DNA of 64,000 nucleotides from Reclinomonas americana ATCC 50394 (Eukaryota): NCBI GenBank assembly GCA_048213135.1, contig PS015010.1, positions 1,550,001 to 1,614,000 of the forward strand, read 5' to 3'. Shown piece by piece: positions 60,373 to 64,000 of this stretch (position 1 is its first letter; each line of letters starts with the position of its first letter). The notes under the pieces were generated by a model. It saw only the letters and a program-made list of their open reading frames with translations, ran no database searches and was not told where the DNA came from. The position numbers and the translations under genes were made by a program.

Positions 60373-61074
60373 ATGTCCCATGCAACCAACCACCCGGAAA
60401 GTCATTTACAGAGTTCAGAACTCCTTCGTGATATCGTTATTGGTATGAGCGACGGGCTTACCGTTCCTTTTGCACTGGCAGCGGGACTGAGTGGTGCTGT
60501 GGCATCCGGTAACATCATCATCATTGCCGGCATCGCGGAAATAGCGGCAGGCAGCATCGCGATGGGACTGGGTGGTTACCTCGCCGGCAAAACCGAGCAG
60601 GATCATTATGCTGCCGAGCTGGCAAGGGAATACGACGAAGTGGAACACCTGCGCCAGCAGGAGATCGCCGAAACCAAAGAATTCTTTGCCAATATTGGCC
60701 TGAGCGAAGAAGTACAACAACAGGCAACGGAAGAAATAGCGCAGGACCGCGACCGCTGGGTAAATTTTATGATGAAGTATGAACTGGGACTGGATAAGCC
60801 TGATCCACGCAGGGCGACCAAGAGTGCGCTGAATATCGGTATCTCCTACATTGCCGGGGGCATCATACCTTTAGCACCTTATTTTTTTATCACTGATGTT
60901 GCGGCAGCGCTGAAAGTTTCGGTTATCGTTACGCTATGTTGTCTTTTCATTTTTGGTTTCTTCAAGAGCAGGATAACGGGTGTAAATCCCTGGTGGGGCG
61001 CCCTAAAAGTAACGCTGATCGGTGCAGTGGCTGCAGGCGCTGCATTTGGGGTGGCGAGGCTGATACAAGGGTGA
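60373..61074 (+). CDS. VIT1/CCC1 family iron/manganese transporter
   Basis: RDIVIGMSDGLTVPFAL, AGSIAMGLGGYL; TAATTTTG box at 60361. Confidence 0.92.
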   Translation: MSHATNHPESHLQSSELLRDIVIGMSDGLTVPFALAAGLSGAVASGNIIIIAGIAEIAAGSIAMGLGGYLAGKTEQDHYAAELAREYDEVEHLRQQEIAETKEFFANIGLSEEVQQQATEEIAQDRDRWVNFMMKYELGLDKPDPRRATKSALNIGISYIAGGIIPLAPYFFITDVAAALKVSVIVTLCCLFIFGFFKSRITGVNPWWGALKVTLIGAVAAGAAFGVARLIQG

Positions 61075-61100
61075 TCGAATTATGAATTATGAATTCGGGT

Positions 61101-61706
61101 TTATTCTTTTGGAGAGCAAATAATAAACAATTCATTTCCTGCCCGTGGCGCAATGGAATTATAACAGGGCGACATGGTATGAATAGTAAAATAAGGTTCA
61201 AACAGTTTCCTGTACTCCTCTTCCAACCCGCCGAATGGCGGACCTCCTTCAAATTCTTTGTTGAATAAAACACCCACCAGTTTACCCCCGGGTTTCAGCA
61301 GGTGATGCATTTGTTGTACATAGGCCTCCCGCAGGGAAGGATCCAGGGCGCAGAAGAAAGTCTGTTCGACGATAAGATCAAACGCCCCACCGGATGATCC
61401 CAGTTTAAAGAAATCTTCATGTACCACAACCGGCGGTTGATGTTCCCCTGTCCACCCGGCATATTGCTGTGCCAGTTTTCCGCATACGACGGAAGAAATA
61501 TCCGCCACGGTTACATGACGAAAACCCTGCTCTGCCAGGTAAGTGGCTTCATAACTGTTGCCCCCTCCCGGGATCAGGATGGAGATCGACTTATCGGTAA
61601 GCTGATCAAAATAGCCCGTAAGCGCGGGAGACGCATAACCTATATCCCAGCCCGTGTCGTCGGACAGGTAACGGTTGTTCCAGTAAGATGCGTCCAGGTT
61701 ATTCAT
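61101..61706 (-). CDS. TPMT-like SAM-dependent methyltransferase
   Basis: YWNNRY..TGWDIG, LIPGGG, EQTFFCALDP, GGPPFG; start at 61706 overlaps the CDF stop (ATGA). Confidence 0.9.
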   Translation of the reverse strand: MNNLDASYWNNRYLSDDTGWDIGYASPALTGYFDQLTDKSISILIPGGGNSYEATYLAEQGFRHVTVADISSVVCGKLAQQYAGWTGEHQPPVVVHEDFFKLGSSGGAFDLIVEQTFFCALDPSLREAYVQQMHHLLKPGGKLVGVLFNKEFEGGPPFGGLEEEYRKLFEPYFTIHTMSPCYNSIAPRAGNELFIICSPKE

Positions 61707-62692
61707 GTGTCGCGGGAGTGTTTGTTGTTGGTAGAAATATTTTCCATCGTCCATTCAATCTTCCTTTCAAAAGGGTGCTGACGAACGGGGCAATCGTTTT
61801 TGGTACAGATGGGGCATGAAAAATCAAGGCAACCATCTGAATGAACAAACAATTCTACGGATTCGCCATACTCGTTTTTGGCAAGACCTGCCAGGTCGTC
61901 GATTTCCTTATGCGCTTCATGCACGTTGAGGTACCAGGGAACAGTAAGATGACAGTCAACATGAATGGTGCCGCCATACTTGATGATGCGGAGATTGTGC
62001 AGGTCAATCCAGTTGGGTTTGCGGTTCTGGTTGAGCGTGACTACCATTTTATTCAGCAGTTCCTCATCAGCCTCATCCATAATACCCGCGATGGAGCTGC
62101 GCAGTATTTTATAGCCGGTATAAATGATAACAAAGGCGAAGAAAATGGCGACAGCACTGTCGATCCAGGTGATGCCGGTAAAGCGGATCAGCACCAACCC
62201 GGCTACAATGCCGATGGTGGATATCGTGTCCGACTGCAGGTGTTTACCGCTGGCAACAAGGGCGAGTGAGTTATTACGCTTACCTGTCCTGATACACCAG
62301 GCACCGGTAAAATAATTGATGACCGCTGTAGCCGCTACCAGTAGGATACCGTAATCCAACTGTTTCAGTTGCTGCGGCCGGATGAGATTATCTGAGGCTT
62401 CGTAAATGATGACAACCCCGGCAATGGTGATGAGCGTACCTTCAATGGCGGCAGAGATAAATTCCACTTTACCATGGCCATAAGGATGGTCGGTATCGCG
62501 GGGTTTGGCGGAGATATAAAGACTGTACACACCAATAAGACCTGCTACCACGTTCACAATACTTTCCAGCGCGTCGGTGAGCACCGCCACGGAGGCCGTT
62601 ATCCACCAGGCAACGATCTTTACCAGGAACAGCAGGATGGAGACCGCCGCGACCAGCTTCTGTACTTTCAGGTTGTAGCGGGCATTTTCCAT
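61703..62692 (-). CDS. Cation diffusion facilitator family transporter
   Basis: TDALES, HPYGHGKVE, HLQSD, HVDCH. Confidence 0.93.
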   Translation of the reverse strand: MENARYNLKVQKLVAAVSILLFLVKIVAWWITASVAVLTDALESIVNVVAGLIGVYSLYISAKPRDTDHPYGHGKVEFISAAIEGTLITIAGVVIIYEASDNLIRPQQLKQLDYGILLVAATAVINYFTGAWCIRTGKRNNSLALVASGKHLQSDTISTIGIVAGLVLIRFTGITWIDSAVAIFFAFVIIYTGYKILRSSIAGIMDEADEELLNKMVVTLNQNRKPNWIDLHNLRIIKYGGTIHVDCHLTVPWYLNVHEAHKEIDDLAGLAKNEYGESVELFVHSDGCLDFSCPICTKNDCPVRQHPFERKIEWTMENISTNNKHSRDT

Positions 62693-62765
62693 ATGCTAAA
62701 ATTACGAATTAGTTTTTCAACAGTCAATTAGCAAAATTCAAGGTAGTACTGTAGTTTCATTTAGG

Positions 62766-62859
62766 GTCATTCCGACGAGAGAGCCTGTCCCGATGAGGAA
62801 CGATATCGGGAAGGGATCTCTTTTCTGTGCTGAGAGATACCTCATTACCTCGGCATGAC
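62766..62859. repeat. REP/REPIN-like palindromic element (GTCAT..ATGAC)
   Basis: gtcattccga..tcggcatgac outer arms with internal hairpins. Confidence 0.6.
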
Positions 62860-62957
62860 ACAAAGGAACAGGACTCAAACCGGCACACTACCCCATTCCC
62901 TCATCCCCATACTAACACATTTGCCCATTCGCACATTTGCATTTTCACACATCCGCC

Positions 62958-64000
62958 CTACCTGAACTTCTGTTTCAGCGCTGCCAGCGCATCGTTCATA
63001 GGCATATCCGAAATGTCTTTTTTCGGTTGCTGATGATGTCCTTTGGGTTTGGGACCACGCTCCTGCCGTCCGGGTGCGGGAAGGGTTTGTTTTATAGAGA
63101 GTGCGATGCGTTTGCGCTGGGTGTCTACCTCCAGCACTTTTACCATTACTTTCTGGTTCAGTTTCAGCGCTTCATTGGGATCGGTGATGTACCGGTGCGA
63201 TATTTCTGAAACATGTACCAGGCCGTCCTGTTTCACACCTATATCCACGAAGGCTCCAAAGCGGGTGAGGTTGGTCACAACGCCGGGCACTTCCATGCCC
63301 ACCTGCACATCATCAATACTGTAAATATTGGCGAACTCGAAAGCCTGGGCCTCGCTGCGGGGGTCCAGTCCCGGCTTTTTCAGCTCACTGAGTATATCCT
63401 TTACCGTTAGTTCCCCTATTTCCGAGGTAACGTATTTTTTTATATCGATGTTCTTCAGCAGGTCTTCCTTACCAATAAGCGACTCCACTTCTACCTGCAT
63501 ATCTGTTGCCATGCGCTGTACCAGTGCATAAGCTTCCGGGTGAACAGCGCTGTTGTCGAGTACATCATCGCCGCCGGCAATGCGAAGGAAACCGGCGCAT
63601 TGTTCAAATGCTTTACCACCCAGGCGTGGCACTTCCAGCAATTGTTTCCTGCTGCTGAAGCGTCCCTTTTCGTTGCGGTATTTAATGATATTATCGGCCA
63701 GCGTGGTACCGATGCCGCTTACGTAACTCAGCAAATGCTTGCTGGCTGTATTCAGGTTCACCCCTACATTATTCACGCAGCTCACCACGGTAGCGGCCAG
63801 TTTTTCTTTCAGCCGGAACTGGTTGACGTCGTGCTGGTATTGTCCAACACCAATGCTTTTGGGATCGATCTTTACCAGTTCAGCCAGGGGGTCCATCAGC
63901 CGGCGGCCGATACTAACGGCGCCGCGTACGGTAATGTCCTCATTGGGGAATTCTTCACGTGCCACTTCCGATGCGGAATAAATAGAGGCCCCGTCTTCAT
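62958..64000 (-). CDS. tex: Tex family transcriptional accessory protein, C-terminal part
   Basis: EDGASIYSAS, IGRRLMDPLAELVKIDPKSIGVGQYQHD, HhH motifs, S1 domain FGAFVDIGVKQDGLVH; runs off the window. Confidence 0.95.
   Translation of the reverse strand, partial: EDGASIYSASEVAREEFPNEDITVRGAVSIGRRLMDPLAELVKIDPKSIGVGQYQHDVNQFRLKEKLAATVVSCVNNVGVNLNTASKHLLSYVSGIGTTLADNIIKYRNEKGRFSSRKQLLEVPRLGGKAFEQCAGFLRIAGGDDVLDNSAVHPEAYALVQRMATDMQVEVESLIGKEDLLKNIDIKKYVTSEIGELTVKDILSELKKPGLDPRSEAQAFEFANIYSIDDVQVGMEVPGVVTNLTRFGAFVDIGVKQDGLVHVSEISHRYITDPNEALKLNQKVMVKVLEVDTQRKRIALSIKQTLPAPGRQERGPKPKGHHQQPKKDISDMPMNDALAALKQKFR

Noticed and set aside
273-63981. Many antisense or nested ORFs in the track (e.g. 13320-14099, 38868-39734, 50111-50869, 59301-60191)
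   Set aside because: Shadow frames of well-supported genes on the opposite strand, with no recognisable motifs

Overview
Bacteroidota-type window; TAnnTTTG promoters, SusC/SusD genes and a T9SS cargo protein suggest a Chitinophagaceae-like organism (inferred from gene content). It has three parts. (1) 1-8.5 kb: ECF sigma / FecR / SusC / SusD / Tat-exported metallophosphoesterase uptake locus. (2) 8.7-45.8 kb: a large polymorphic-toxin locus. A co-directional minus-strand five-gene cluster encodes an OM beta-barrel-like protein, a TANFOR/Ig-like protein, a 2618-aa YD/PA14 protein, a LolA-like protein and a 3036-aa RHS protein with Cys-bracketed repeats and a LysM tip. It is followed by a TPR lipoprotein and four orphan RHS-toxin modules with papain-like, Tox-URI2-like, Ntox8-like and Gly-rich tips. 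Three orphans are each preceded by the same spacer: a direct-repeat pair, an IS1-family transposase remnant and a conserved 59-69 bp element. The fourth is inverted and shares a 64-bp inverted repeat with its neighbour. (3) 46.2-64 kb: mostly housekeeping genes (rlmH, rhomboid, tilS, etfBA, ispE, rocD, VIT1, TPMT-like methyltransferase, CDF, tex). All family calls come from motif recognition by eye; no searches were run.
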